The position numbers and the translations under genes were made by a program. Below are positions 30,201-45,164 of a stretch of 64,000 nucleotides of DNA, piece by piece (position 1 is the stretch's first letter; every line of letters starts with the position of its first letter). The DNA lies in the NCBI RefSeq assembly GCF_009914755.1, contig NC_060937.1, one strand, 5' to 3'. Source of the DNA: the human T2T-CHM13v2.0 reference genome, Homo sapiens. The notes under the pieces are model-generated. The model made no database searches. It worked only from the letters and a program-made list of their open reading frames with translations, and was not told where the DNA came from.

Positions 30201-31719
30201 TGTATTCACTGGGAAACACTAAAAAATTCAAAAAAGAAAATAAAGTGTAATTCCACCACTCAGGGTAAGCCCTATTAACACCTTGGTACATACCCTTTAA
30301 GTGTGGGTGGTTTTAATAACACGACATCATTGTCACCAAGACACTTCATCCACTGTTTCATTTCTGTGATCACAGTAACATGCAGGGCACTCTAGTCTCT
30401 ACAATTTTTAAAACACTGGATTTCCATTTGCAATCTGTGGCAGGCTAAACCCTTAATTAGTAACAGCAGGTGCTGAAGTGCTTAAAGCAAATCACTCCTA
30501 CATTTTAGTGAGTTGTTATTTATGTCACTCTTATCACCAGGAGCAGAGCAGCCCACAATCAGCAGCAGCTGCAGGGCTGAGGCTCTCATGGGGCAATTGC
30601 GGGCCTTCAGTTTCCTCAGGAGTCAAGGGATTTAAACAGCTCTATCTGGAGAAACTGAGCAAGCGGCTTTTCTCACAAAGGCACACAAAGGGGTCAGTTG
30701 GGGCTTCACACTCTCTTAAGGGGAGGAAACCACAATTATTTATGTTCTACTAGATAATCAGATATTTCATTCAGAATTCATTTTGTGCAGCTTTGCCTAA
30801 TCCTGCACCATAAAATACTATTTTTCCTTAGAGTTTAAATAGGTTCCTCTATCTTGAAAAATTAAGAAAACCTGTTAAACGGGTCCACTTCAAAGTGATC
30901 CTAATTCCATTTCAGAAAGCTTGCTCTTAAGAAGAGATGAAATTAAGTTTGCAGAGCATTCTAAGAGGTAATAAGACTACACTCAGCACAAAAGATTGCT
31001 CTCTCCTATTTATCAAGATGCGGAAAATACTAAGATGAAAGCCCCCCTCCCCAGCTGGCCTTGCTTTCTGGCGTGGGGAGGTTTCGCCTACGCTTTCCTC
31101 CTAGTGGGGTAATCATCACCTTTCACTTTTATCGAAAACAGTTACAAAAGTGATTTTGTGCTTTGCTAAAAGGGCTGAAAAATAAGGTGCTTTCAAGAGA
31201 GGCCAGCGGGCTTTTTGATTTCCATGGAGGTGGCAAATGCGTGCAGAGCAGGTCCCGTTCCCACCACGGCTTTGGTTCCACACAAAGTTGCCTGTTTGGG
31301 GGGAAGCTCCACGAAGGACACTTTGGGATGCCACGCCAGTGCCCAAACTGAAAATAAGCATGCCCAGCTGTGCAGAGACGGGAATGCAGGAAAATAACGC
31401 GCCTAAATAAACTTTCTTATATTAAAAATAAAAATCATCGTTCACATTTTTGTCCAGCCACCAGCCCCAGAGTGCCTACTAAATTGTGTTTCTAGGTAGC
31501 TAACTTCACAAGTGGCCTTCTGCTCGAAAAATAAGTTGGGGAAACGTCAAGGGCTAAGATTTTTTTTTTTTTTTTTTAGTTGGAGAATTCACATTTATTG
31601 AGTAATTGATGTGATGCAATCTGCAATTTTTGGATTCAAGATAATTTTCACTGAACATTTCATCAGTTAATGGGTTTTCTTTATAACACGATTCAGTTCT
31701 CTTTCTTCCTTGGCCTCCT

Positions 31720-32420
31720 CTCCCGAGATAAATCAGCCCCGTCCCCCAACCTCAGGCCCCAAGGGCCTGGTGGCACCCGGGGGCACCCTCAGAAGCCGGG
31801 TCGGCGCTTCCCCAGCTCGGGGCGCCGGGGGAGAGTGGACTCGCGTCCTGGAAGGGGCCCTTCCTGCTATTCGCTCCCCACAGTTCCCCGACAATGAGAG
31901 CTCCCCAGGCCGGGCTTTGAGGGCCGAGGGGACCACCGACCTAGGGCCCGCCCGCGAGGTTATAAACGCAGCTGCCTCCCCTTCCACAGCCTCTTACCTG
32001 GCCCGAGATCTGGCAGTGCTCCTGGCAGATAATTGAGGAAGCCATGGCCGCTGCGCACGTGCTGGGTCCTGGGGCAGCCTCCCAGCAGGAGGAGCTCCAC
32101 AGCCGCTGCGTCCCGGGCCCGCCCCCTGCACTAATGGCTTCTGGCCGCAGCTGAGGGCGAGCACGCCCCAGGCGCCCTTAAAGTGGCCCTGTCGCCAGTT
32201 CTGGCGCGTGGGGGAGCAGCAGGCCGCTCTGAGGGGTCAACGCGGAACCCGGGTCGGGGGCCTGCCCGCGGGGGCTACTCAAGCTGTCCTGGGGGCCCTT
32301 AGGAGACCGCGTCACTAGCTGACTGCGCACTCCAAGTCCCCTTCCCAGGGCAGCTCTCACGACACTAAGCCCCGCGTACTCACTCCCACTGCGCCGCCTG
32401 GGGAGGCGGGAGGCAAGGCG
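31720..32420. promoter_or_regulatory. SOHLH2 CpG-island promoter / first exon
   Basis: GC- and CpG-rich stretch in an AT-rich background; GC box 32118-32125, E-box CACGTG 32056-32061, GGCGGGA 32405-32411. Confidence 0.9.
31998..32045 (-). CDS. SOHLH2: SOHLH2 coding exon 1 (MASSIICQEHCQISGQ)
   Basis: ATG at 32045-32043 in strong Kozak context GCGGCCATGG; 48 nt, phase 0; donor CAG|GTAAGA; inside CpG island; peptide matches the recalled SOHLH2 N-terminus. Confidence 0.97.
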
Positions 32421-32609
32421 TCATCTCAAGATGGTCTAAAAATTTTAAGAAGTCTTTTCTTACGGGCAGTCTTTCCAGTTTAAATGTTAGGAATTAGCAA
32501 ACACTTGGGTTTGTTTTGCTCTTTTCTAAACAAACATAAACAGAGGATAGGAAAGGCGAGTACTTCTATGGTGATTTCTTTCCAAACCACTAAGAAATTT
32601 AAAATGTTA

Positions 32610-32903
32610 GGCCGGGCGCGGTGGCTCACGCCTGTTAATCCTAGCACTTTGGGAGGCCAAGGCGGGTGGATCACTTGAGCTCAGGAGTTCGAGACCAGCC
32701 AAGCCAACATGGTGAAAACCCGTCTCTACTAAAAATACAAAAATTAGCCAGGCATGGTGATGGGAGCCTGTAATCCCAGCTATCTGGGAGGCTGAGGCAC
32801 AAGAATCGCTTGAACCCGGAAGGCGGAGGTTGCAGTGAGCCAAGATCGCCCACTGCACTCCAGCCTGGGCGACGGGGCGTGATTTCGTCTCAAAAAAAAA
32901 AAA
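32610..32903 (+). mobile_element. AluS, CpG-rich, next to the SOHLH2 promoter
   Basis: Full dimer with about 15 CpGs retained. Confidence 0.9.
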
Positions 32904-33860
32904 TTAAAAATATTAGAAACACTTCATTTTTGTGCCGTGATTTAACAAATACTGTCCCTATTTTCTCAACGGAAACAATGAGGCGATAAAATTTTCTCGT
33001 GACTGCTGCTATGTAAACCCCTCTACTCAACCTTCACTGAACATTTTACTGAGACCTATTGGGCGTCAGACCCGCGGAGGATCCTTCCTCGGATGTGTCT
33101 TGACTACTGTGCCATGATTTTTCACTGCTGTAAGTGTGGTGGTTATTGTGGATGACTGCAGACTCTGGATCTCACTAGAGCATATAACACAGAGGAGCTC
33201 TCCAGGGAACCATCTCTGCAGGCGGTCCCTGGGCAAGTCTCCTGGTTCCTGAGCAGCTGGTGCTGTGTCCTGGGGGTCCGATTTAGATCCCGGGGGCATG
33301 CAAAAATACAGCTGTGATACTCTACAGTTCTGATGGGAAGAAAAGGAGCAGATGAACTTCTGATGGGATCATTCTGCATTACTTTTGGAAGTGTACACGT
33401 CTTAATAGAGTGTAATAAATTTCACTTCTATTGCTTTTCCAATTAATCAGGAACTGACAGTATCCACATCAATATCTGTGCGGGAAGTGGTTTGCTCACC
33501 AATGTAAGACAGAGGTGAAGTCCTTCCCAGGCATTGGTGTAGGGTGTGAATTGAGGCAGCTTTGAGCATTTCGTCCTGAATGCGCAAGCACCAGATTTCC
33601 ATTGCTCCAGAGGTCTAGACTAGCAAGTCTAACTCTAATAGACAAAGACAATGTTGAAAGAGAAACGGACTCATTTGCTTTTAAGTAAAAAAAAAGCCCC
33701 TAAGATTATGTGAGAGGAAGTCATCACTACTGTGTTGAAGGAAGAAAAAAAAGATAATAAACTTCTCCTGTATCTAGAATATGAGTCCAAGCTTCCTAAG
33801 AACTAACTTAGATATTTTTGTTTCCAATCTCCTTTAAAAAAAAAAAAAAAAAAAAAAAAA

Positions 33861-34160
33861 GGTCAGGTGTAGTGGTGGCTCGTGTCCATAATTCCAGCAC
33901 TTTGGGAGGCCGAGGTGAGATCACTTGAGGTCACTAGTTCCTGAGAGACAGGACACCCCTGTCTCTACAAAAACTAAAAAAAATTAGCCTGGCGTGGTGG
34001 CACACACCTGTGGTCCCAGCTACTCCAGAGGCTGTGGTGCGAGGATTGCCTGAGCTTGGGAGTTTGAGGCTGCAATGATCTGTGATTACACCACTGCTCT
34101 CCAGGCTGGGGAACAGAGGGAGACCCTGTCTCGCAAAAACAAACAAACAAACAAACAAAA
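33861..34160 (+). mobile_element. AluJ preceded by an A25 run
   Basis: Diverged Alu dimer with (CAAA)n tail. Confidence 0.85.
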
Positions 34161-34209
34161 AACTTTCTTTGTAAATGAACAGACATCTACTCTAAAACAA
34201 CATCTCTTC

Positions 34210-34407
34210 CCAGGGAAGATTTTGCCCTCCAAGGGACATTTGGCAATGCCTGAAGACGTTTTTCATTATCATCACTGGTGGTGCACTAGCTTCTAGCCAG
34301 TAGAGTTCAGGGACGCTGCTAAACATCCTACAATGCCCAGGACAGCGCTCTACAACAGAGAATTATGTGGCCCAAAATGGCATTCGTGCTGAGGTTGAGA
34401 AACCCTA
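34210..34407 (+). mobile_element. MER20 hAT DNA transposon
   Basis: gggacatttggcaatgcctgaagacg...gaggttgagaaaccct. Confidence 0.8.
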
Positions 34408-35312
34408 CTATTAATATAACCCCTCCAAATTATAACATAGAGTGTAAGCCATTTAATTTCTTTGGCATCTTTCACATTCTTGAATCTTGTATAGTGGAAA
34501 GGAAAAGATGACGTTTGGAGGAAAGGAAGAAATATTACACACACCAAAATGGCAAACTCAGTATTTCAAAGCCAGAACTGGTGTAAATTGTGTTGCTGGT
34601 TGCATGGGGAAAAGGAAAGGTCAGTTTTAATCGTGTCCTTTCCCTATTTGAAAACGTACAAGGGTTTCTCTGCTTATTACAATTAAGTCCCATTCCTCTG
34701 TGTGGCATTAGGGCCACATTACCTTGTCCCATTCTGGCTTTCTAGACTTAGCTTCAAATCAAGTGACTAGATTAGTTTCTATTCCCTAATAGTGTCCTGA
34801 GGTCCCCCCAAGAGTCCCCAGTATAAGATTTGCACAAGCAGATAGAGTAACTTCTTTCTTTGGAATTGTAGTATTGATAGGATAAGTCATCTGAAGCCTA
34901 GAGGAGCCCCAAGCTGCCTTAAAGAATAGCACTTGCCATCACAACAGTGTAAGCACAGTTTATTGGTTTGGGAACTGCCCTGAATCTAGCTTCTGATCCT
35001 TCCCAGCTGCTAATTCACTTATTTGATTCTGAGCTCTGCCTGAAAAACATTTCCTGTCCCATTATCCCTGCATCAAAGAGGCTTCCACTTCTGCTGCGTG
35101 CATGCCTTCTTTCTGCCTCTCCCTCAGTCCTCCTAACCTGAAAGCACAGTTCTGACACCTGCGTTGTCTGAGGTTTAGCACACCTGCTTACCCCTGAATG
35201 TTATACTTGTGCTTGCTTGGGTTTCTCCCACACAACAGGCTGACTCACACTTTTGTTCTGTGGTTAGTCTGAGAAGACAACGAAAAATTTTCAAAGTAGT
35301 ACTAATTCCATC

Positions 35313-35668
35313 TGCTAAAGATTTAATATTGATGTCCCCCCAAAATTCATATTTGAAATCTAGCCCCCAGGTAATAGTATTAAGAGGTGGGATCTTTGGA
35401 AGGTAATAGGTCATGGGGGAGGAGCCCTCATAAACTGGATTAGTGCCCTTGTAAAAGAAGCCCGCGAGAGATCCCTCACCCCTTCTACCACGTGAGGACA
35501 CAGTGAGAAGATGCCATCTATGAACCAGGAAGTGGGCCTTCCCCAGATATTGAATCTGCTGCTGCCTTGATCTTGGACTTCACAGCCTCCAGAACTGTGA
35601 GAATAAATTTCTGTTGTTTGTAAGCCACCCAGTATGTATTTTGTTATAGCACTTTAAATAGACTAACA
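35313..35668 (+). mobile_element. MLT1A-type LTR
   Basis: cccccaaaattcatatttgaaatc...ttgttatagcac...gactaaca. Confidence 0.8.
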
Positions 35669-36364
35669 CTGTCTCACACCTCTGCTCAACAATTATGACT
35701 TGATTTTAGCAGCATGGTAAGGCGGAGACTGTTTATTAGATTTCATATCCTAGTATTTAGTATACATACAGAAGGTGATAATAAATACATGTTTTTCCCA
35801 ATGAGTTTAGAACCACTGCCCTTAGGTAGTAACACAGGTCAAAGAATAGTGCCAACTTCTAATGATGCCCTGCGTTAGATTGCAATAAGACTTGACAGTT
35901 TTCTCATCATTCAGTATGTTCACTTTTTAAAACCGGATTTAGTTCTACTAAATCTGCCTCATTTTAATCACAAGTCTTTGCTAGGAAATGTAGAGCTAAA
36001 CCAAAGTAACACTATAACCATGGAGGAGGGACTGTGTCACACAAAGTCCACAGTGGGCCTGTGCGATCCCACATTGATTCATTTTGAGTGCATCCCCCCA
36101 TGGTAGTCATTGGTTATAGCTCTATGGTCTGAGGAGATCACAAAGTTACAAATGAACTCTTTTACCTTTAGCCACAGTGACAGCCAACTGCAGCTGTATG
36201 AAGTCATGAGGAATTTCTTTAGCACAAAAATGTCAGGCCACCTTCAAGGAGAGAAGCTTCTTGTTTGTAAAGGTGAGGGATAAGCGGGAGTGGAAAAAAT
36301 GTCATTCACACTTTACTCGTGAATATGTTCATGTATACTAATATGGTTTAAAAGTCAGCTGAGA

Positions 36365-36633
36365 GGCCTGGTATAGGTGGCTCACACTTGTAATCCAAAC
36401 ACTTTGGGAGTCCGAGCCAGGAGGAATGCTTGAGGCCAGGAGTTCAAGACTAGCCTGGGCAACACGGCAAAATATCATTTCTACCAAAAATTTAAAAAAA
36501 AAAAAATTAGGTGTGGTGGCACACACCTGAGAGGCTGAGCCCAGGAATTTGAGGCTGCAGTGAGCTATGATCATGCAACTGCACTCAATCCTGGGAAACA
36601 GAGCAAGACCTTGTCTCAAAAAAAAAAAAAAAA
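36365..36633 (+). mobile_element. AluJ with internal deletion
   Basis: Alu dimer with shortened right arm, A-tail. Confidence 0.8.
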
Positions 36634-37165
36634 GTTATCTGAAGTAATTTTAATTTTTTTATTTTGAAAATTTCATACATACCCGAGTATATTTATTACA
36701 TATGTATTATTTAAAGTATAATAATATGGATGTGTATGTACCTACCACTCAGCCTAACAGACACTATCAATAATTTTAAAATACCTTATGTGTGTCTCTC
36801 ATTCACATTTCCCTGTCTCCCCAGATATAAATACTATTTTGTTATTTATTTAGTTTTACTTCTTTTCACTGCTGAAGCCAGAATGGATTGTGATGTGTGA
36901 GAGAAAGAAATCTTTGTGTTAAGCCTCTAAAGTCTGAGTTATTTTTTATAGTCATAATAGAGAGATTAATAACTTGAATTTAGGTGCTGCCTAAACAAAA
37001 TACTAATATGTGTGGCATTAACTTAGCAGGTCTGCAGTGAGAGGCACAGAAAGAAATATGGGAGGTTGGAAGCCTGGGATCCCTGTTATGCCATAGCAGA
37101 CCAAGTGCTTACTAAGACTGTAGGTCAAAGGAAGGATGTTGGGAAAACAACGAATAATAATGTGT

Positions 37166-37547
37166 TGATATGGTTTGGCTATGTCCCTACCCAAATCTCA
37201 TCTTGAATTGTAGTTCCCATAATCCCCACATGTCTGGGAGGGACCTAGTGGGGAGTAAATGAATCATATTGGAGGTTACCCCCATGCTGCTGTTCTCATG
37301 ATAAGAGTGAGTGAGTTCTCATAAGAACTGACAGTTATATAAGGGGCTTTTCCCACTTTTGCTTGGCACTTTTCTTTCTTGCTGCCATGTGAAGAAGGAC
37401 GTGTTTGCTTCCCCTTCTGCCATGATTTTAAGTTTTCAGAGGCCTCCCCAGCCATGCTGGAACTGTGAGTCAATTAAACCTCTTTCCTTTATAAATTACC
37501 CAGTCTCAGGTATGTCTTTATTAGCAGCATGAGAATGGACTACTAAA
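37166..37547 (+). mobile_element. THE1 (D-like) solo LTR within MLT-internal-like sequence (about 36860-38360)
   Basis: tgatatggtttggctatgtccc...; TSD TGTGT (37161-37165, 37548-37552). Confidence 0.9.
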
Positions 37548-39244
37548 TGTGTACTAAATGTTACTGGCTGCCTTTGGTAAGAGAGAATAAATTGATGAGC
37601 TTGCAATATAGCTAACTAGTTTGTAAGGAGAAATAAAAGGGAATAGAGAGAGTCTAGGAAAGAATCTAGAAATTTGGGGCATTGAAGGGCATTAAAGAGT
37701 TGGAAAGGCCAACTATTTCTAGGTCCCAAAAAGAAAGAGATAAGGCTGAGAAAAGTCAAGCCACAAAAGGCCACTAATACTCAGCCTTGTGGCAAGGATC
37801 AGATTATGGATAGGTGTTAACTTCACATCACCTTAATCAATTAGTTAAATAACCTGCATGGTAGCTGCCATTAGGCAGAGAGAGGTATGGGCCAAAGAAA
37901 CAAATCATGCTCTGAAATTATATTATACATAGAACTGGCTACTATTTTGATGGAATTTATATAAACTAGGACTAAAAAGCCTTTGAACTGTAAAATCAGC
38001 TTTAGACACCCAATTTTGTTCAAACAGATTATGAGCTCTGAAAGCTATGCATCCCCAATAGAGGGCATAACCTCATCATCCACTTCGAATGTGGGCAAGA
38101 AGATGAAAAAGGAAGAAACTCCCACGGACTGGAGCCAGTGGCTACTAAGAAAAAATGGACAAGAACATTCCTCCCAAGAGCAGAGTCAGAGCCCAAGAAA
38201 GGAACCGACCCCATTCCCAGTGAAGAGGGCTTTCACCATATCTTCCCAATGGGATTTTATAAATGCTGTGGATGAGTGATGCTGTGCGTTCTTCCTCATC
38301 TGAGCAAAGGTTATTATGGGCATCCTTCCATGCTCACACACTGACTGCTACATTCCACAGTTGTTTGGGCCCAGCAAGTATTTGCCTATCAGATTTTACA
38401 GTATTTGTACTAAGGCTTGAAAGAACAGCATCCTAGAAAGACATTGATGGAAATGCAAAAAGATTGTTTAGTTAAAAAAAATCATTGTTTTAGTTATGTT
38501 CAGCAGACTTGAAAATATACCAAGTTAGAATCAATTTTAAAATACCAATTGAGATTCAAGAACCTGATTCAGTGATGCAGCAGGCCAGGAGCCATCACCA
38601 TCAATGAATAGCTCAATTTCTCTCTCATGTAGTTGCCAAGAAAGATATTATCTACTGAAGAAAACCTAAATACCTGTAAGTCTTACTAAAAATATTGTTT
38701 GATACAAGTGAGCATAGGCTGACTGCTTCAACCAGTAAAACCTAAATCTCAGTGTCTTAATACACACAGAAACATACAAAAGGATTTCCTTTTCTCTCAC
38801 ATAAAAACCAAATGAGGATTAACAAAGTGAGAGGAATGGATGTGCTACATGAAGTGATTCGGGGACCCAATTTTCTTCTACCTTGTGGATCTGCTATCCC
38901 TGAGGCCTTGGAATTTGCTTTTAGACCCTCTATATCCACCCATAACACAATTTTTTTTTAAAGAAAAAGCACAAACAAGAAGGATCACCTGGGACGTTTT
39001 AATGGGCTAGTCACAGAAACGACATGTATCACTTATGTCTAGGTTATATTGGCCTGAAGTCAGTCGCAGGGTCACACCTAAGTGCACACAGTGTTTCACA
39101 CGCCTATCTCTAAACACAGTAGCATACATACCACACACTACCAAACAGTGTTTCATGCATATATCACTAAGCAAAGAAGTATGTGTGCATCATCACACAC
39201 TGGCAAACAAAGTGTTTAACACATACACTTTGTTATGTATGTGT

Positions 39245-39296
39245 AGCCTAGTTCTGTGTCCCATAGAAAAAGCCTAGTTCTGTGTCCCATAGAAAA
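39245..39296. repeat. Perfect 26-bp tandem duplication AGCCTAGTTCTGTGTCCCATAGAAAA x2
   Basis: 39245-39270 identical to 39271-39296. Confidence 0.95.
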
Positions 39297-41764
39297 AGAA
39301 AACAGTTTGGTGAGTGCATAGCAACAGTTTTTGCCACAGTCCATCAATTTGATCACCAAATAAATAGCTTTTGCTCTTTCTTCCCAGAATATACTTACCT
39401 CCTTGCCAAGGTAAGACAAAGCCCCATCCAGTCATTTTATCCAGTGCAAATTTCATTGATTAAGGTGAGAAAAATATATTTAGGTGATAACATAAAAAAA
39501 AGTTACAGATGCATAGCAAAATGGATTTTTATATTAGATTTTAAAATATTTTCTTTGCTTTTATTTTAATGCTTTATCCTTTACTTCTGGCTTTGAGAGT
39601 AACAGGGGAAAGATTTAGCTTCTTACTGTGAAGAAACAGAAAATTAGTCAAAAATATATGAAACAACTGCAGATATTGACATGCACCTTAAGACTATGAC
39701 CCCTGAGAGGAATGAAGTGAGGCCCATCCATCATTCTAGATTTCTACCTGCAGGCACAGACCTCAGAGCAGGGTAGGGGATCCCAAACAAAGCATGGTGG
39801 TTTCATGTAGTTGAGAAGACAGAGGCTGGAGTTCAGGGAGGCTGAAGTGGCTGAAGTTGCAGAGCAGAGTACCAGAGAGCTAACAGATATGTAAAAACAG
39901 AATTCCAGAAATCTGCATAGGAGCCCCTTGAGAGGTGGCTGGATATTAAGACATGTAAGCCTAGAGCAAAACTCTACGAGGTCAAGCAGAGTGCCACACA
40001 GGCCTGTGAGGCATCTGAGGTCCAACTAGCCAGTGTTGAGTGTCCCAGCTGATCACTCACAGAATTTTCTAGTGATCCCACAATAGCTATGCCTTAGAAA
40101 TGGTGTTAAACTCTCTGTGGGGTGAAGCTCACTCTATACTTACCCTAACAAAGGCTTGAAAAGAAGAAACTGAACTGCAATTAATTTAACTGCCTATAAG
40201 AATAAATCTATAACCAACAATGTGAAATCATCAATGCCTGGCATCTAATATAAAATTAGTAGATATTACAAGAAGCAGAAAATGAAACCCGAAACCAGGA
40301 GAAAAATCAGTCACCAGAAACAGACTGAGAAATGAAAAAGATACTGTGTAAGTATGCTAAAAGTCATTATATGCCTATCCAATTACTTAAAGGAAAACAT
40401 AAATACAGTGACAGAAGATATAAAAAAAGAACCAAAAGGAACAATATCAAGTGGTTTACAACAGGCTGTAATTAAAGTCCCAGGAGGACAGGAAAGGGCA
40501 GAAAAATAATACAAAAATGGCCCAAAATTTTCCACATTTGATGAAAACTACAGATATAAGCTCATTGAACACCATGCAATATAAACACAAAACCACCCTA
40601 ATAAAACTGATTTTGTTAGTTATTAGCTAATGGCAAAACGTTTTTGAAAGCTCATATTTATAGTCTATATGTATACAACCTATATGGTATAATCAACATA
40701 TATTTTATGGAGTTATTTTTGTCTCATGTTTTGTTGTGTGATAAATGAGCAGGGAATTACAGAATGTTAGTATCAGAAGGCACACTGACAGCAATCAAAT
40801 ACACACCTCCACCACTGCAGGAATCCTTCGTATACTATTCCTGAGGAATGGTCACCTAATCTCTGCTTAAGCAATTTCAACGATGATAAACTTACGACTG
40901 GGTAGTTCTCCAGATAGTAATATTTTCTGTATTTCTGTAGCTGAGTTGGCAAATTGCTTTAATAAAGTTAAATGAACTCTACAAATTCAAGATTTTTCTA
41001 ATTCATAGTCAGATTAATTGAATGTTAACCTGTAAAAATAATGCCCTACTGTCAAATATATGATATGAGCTCATATTTATGTAGTGCTTTATTATCTTAA
41101 AGGTACTTTTTCATAATTCAATTATATGTAGTGATTTCAATACCAGTTTTCAATATTCTGGTATACTCTGCCCTTTTTAAATACCAAAATCCCAGCACTG
41201 TTGTTACAGTTTGGTTATTCTGATATTTAAAATCAACAATCTAAATTTTTTAAATATTAAATTAGTATCTATAACTCAATTACCTAATTTATGAACAAAA
41301 TTAATACAATGTACATAGTATAGAAGTCTAGACAGGTCCTCACCTGTGCACACAGCAAAAAGCAATCAAATAGTGTTACTGATAAGCTTCTGTTGCAAGA
41401 ATAATTCTTAGTTCCAAATAAGTAATTTCTTATCCAGTAGAATATGAAAATAATAGTACTAAAATTGATATAGGTAACTCTGCTTTGGAATCTCCTATAC
41501 ATGCTAAAACTAATTCAGATGAAGAAAAGGTAGGAATAATTTATTTGAAATCAATACTATATAGCTCTTTATAAATTTTTTAAAAATCCAGCCCCAGTCA
41601 AAAATCAAAAGGTGTTTTATAAATATCTCCACAAGGTCATTAAGTAAAAAAATTGGATTATTTAAATTTAAATAAGTCAAAGGAAAATATTGGGAATTAG
41701 CATGTAATGCTCTCATCATTATTGTTTTGACATCTTGGTTGGAAAATTCTCCCCAAAATAGCTA

Positions 41765-44500
<2,736 letters not shown>

Positions 44501-44614
44501 AATCCTTATCTCTCACTGTAAAAAAGTAAAAATAAAAAGACCAAGGTGAAGTCAGCTCGAGGAGAGTTGGAAGAAGTTTCATTCAGTTTGAGAGATGAAG
44601 CCACACTAAACCAG

Positions 44615-44768
44615 CAGAGTGGGTCCCAATCTTTTCTGTACAATTTCCTGGGGGAGGCTTAAAGAAATACATGTGAGATCACAATCCTGGGGGTGGTGCA
44701 CATGTCTGAGTATTTTACTTTTAGCTCTTCAGGTGAGTCTGACACACAGCCAAGGTTGAGGACCCATG
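44615..44768 (-). mobile_element. MER5A-like hAT relic overlapping the end of the CCDC169 alternative exon
   Basis: Minus strand ...cctcaaccttggctgtgtgtcagactcacctgaagagct... resembles the MER5A start. Confidence 0.65.
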
Positions 44769-44901
44769 TAAGCAGGCGGGCCAGAGTGCTTTTTGTCCGA
44801 GGCATGTCCTATTCTCTGGTCCAGCCACACCTGCAGCACTGAAACCCAATGTCTCCAAGCAGCTGACCTTTAAAGGGTCCAATTCTTCTTTTAAGAGGAG
44901 G
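44721..44901 (-). CDS. CCDC169: CCDC169 alternative 3' exon (LLLKEELDPLKVSCLETLGF...QTHLKS-stop)
   Basis: Acceptor ctcttcaaacAG|C, same phase 2 as the 48813 exon; within ORF 44721..44951; agrees with a recalled longer CCDC169 isoform. Confidence 0.75.
44868..44901 (-). CDS. CCDC169-SOHLH2: 34-nt bridging exon (LLLKEELDPLK) of the CCDC169-SOHLH2 read-through
   Basis: Internal donor AAG|GTCAGC at 44868/44867 ends in phase 0, matching the phase-0 acceptor of SOHLH2 exon 2. Confidence 0.75.
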
Positions 44902-45164
44902 CTGTTTGAAGAGATGTGAATAGAACATGAATAAGGACAGCGAAGGTACAAATATGCTAATAAAGCAGATATTCCAACCAGTTTATTGTATTTTTACACA
45001 CACACACACATATACACAAAAATAAATAAATAAATAAAAGCTCTATACCCAGTGATAGCACTAGTGATGATGCACTTTTGTATTTTTAGGATCATATTAT
45101 TGAGAAAGATCAAATAATATTTCATTAACATTTATCTACTAATATTAAAATGTTAATGTATATT

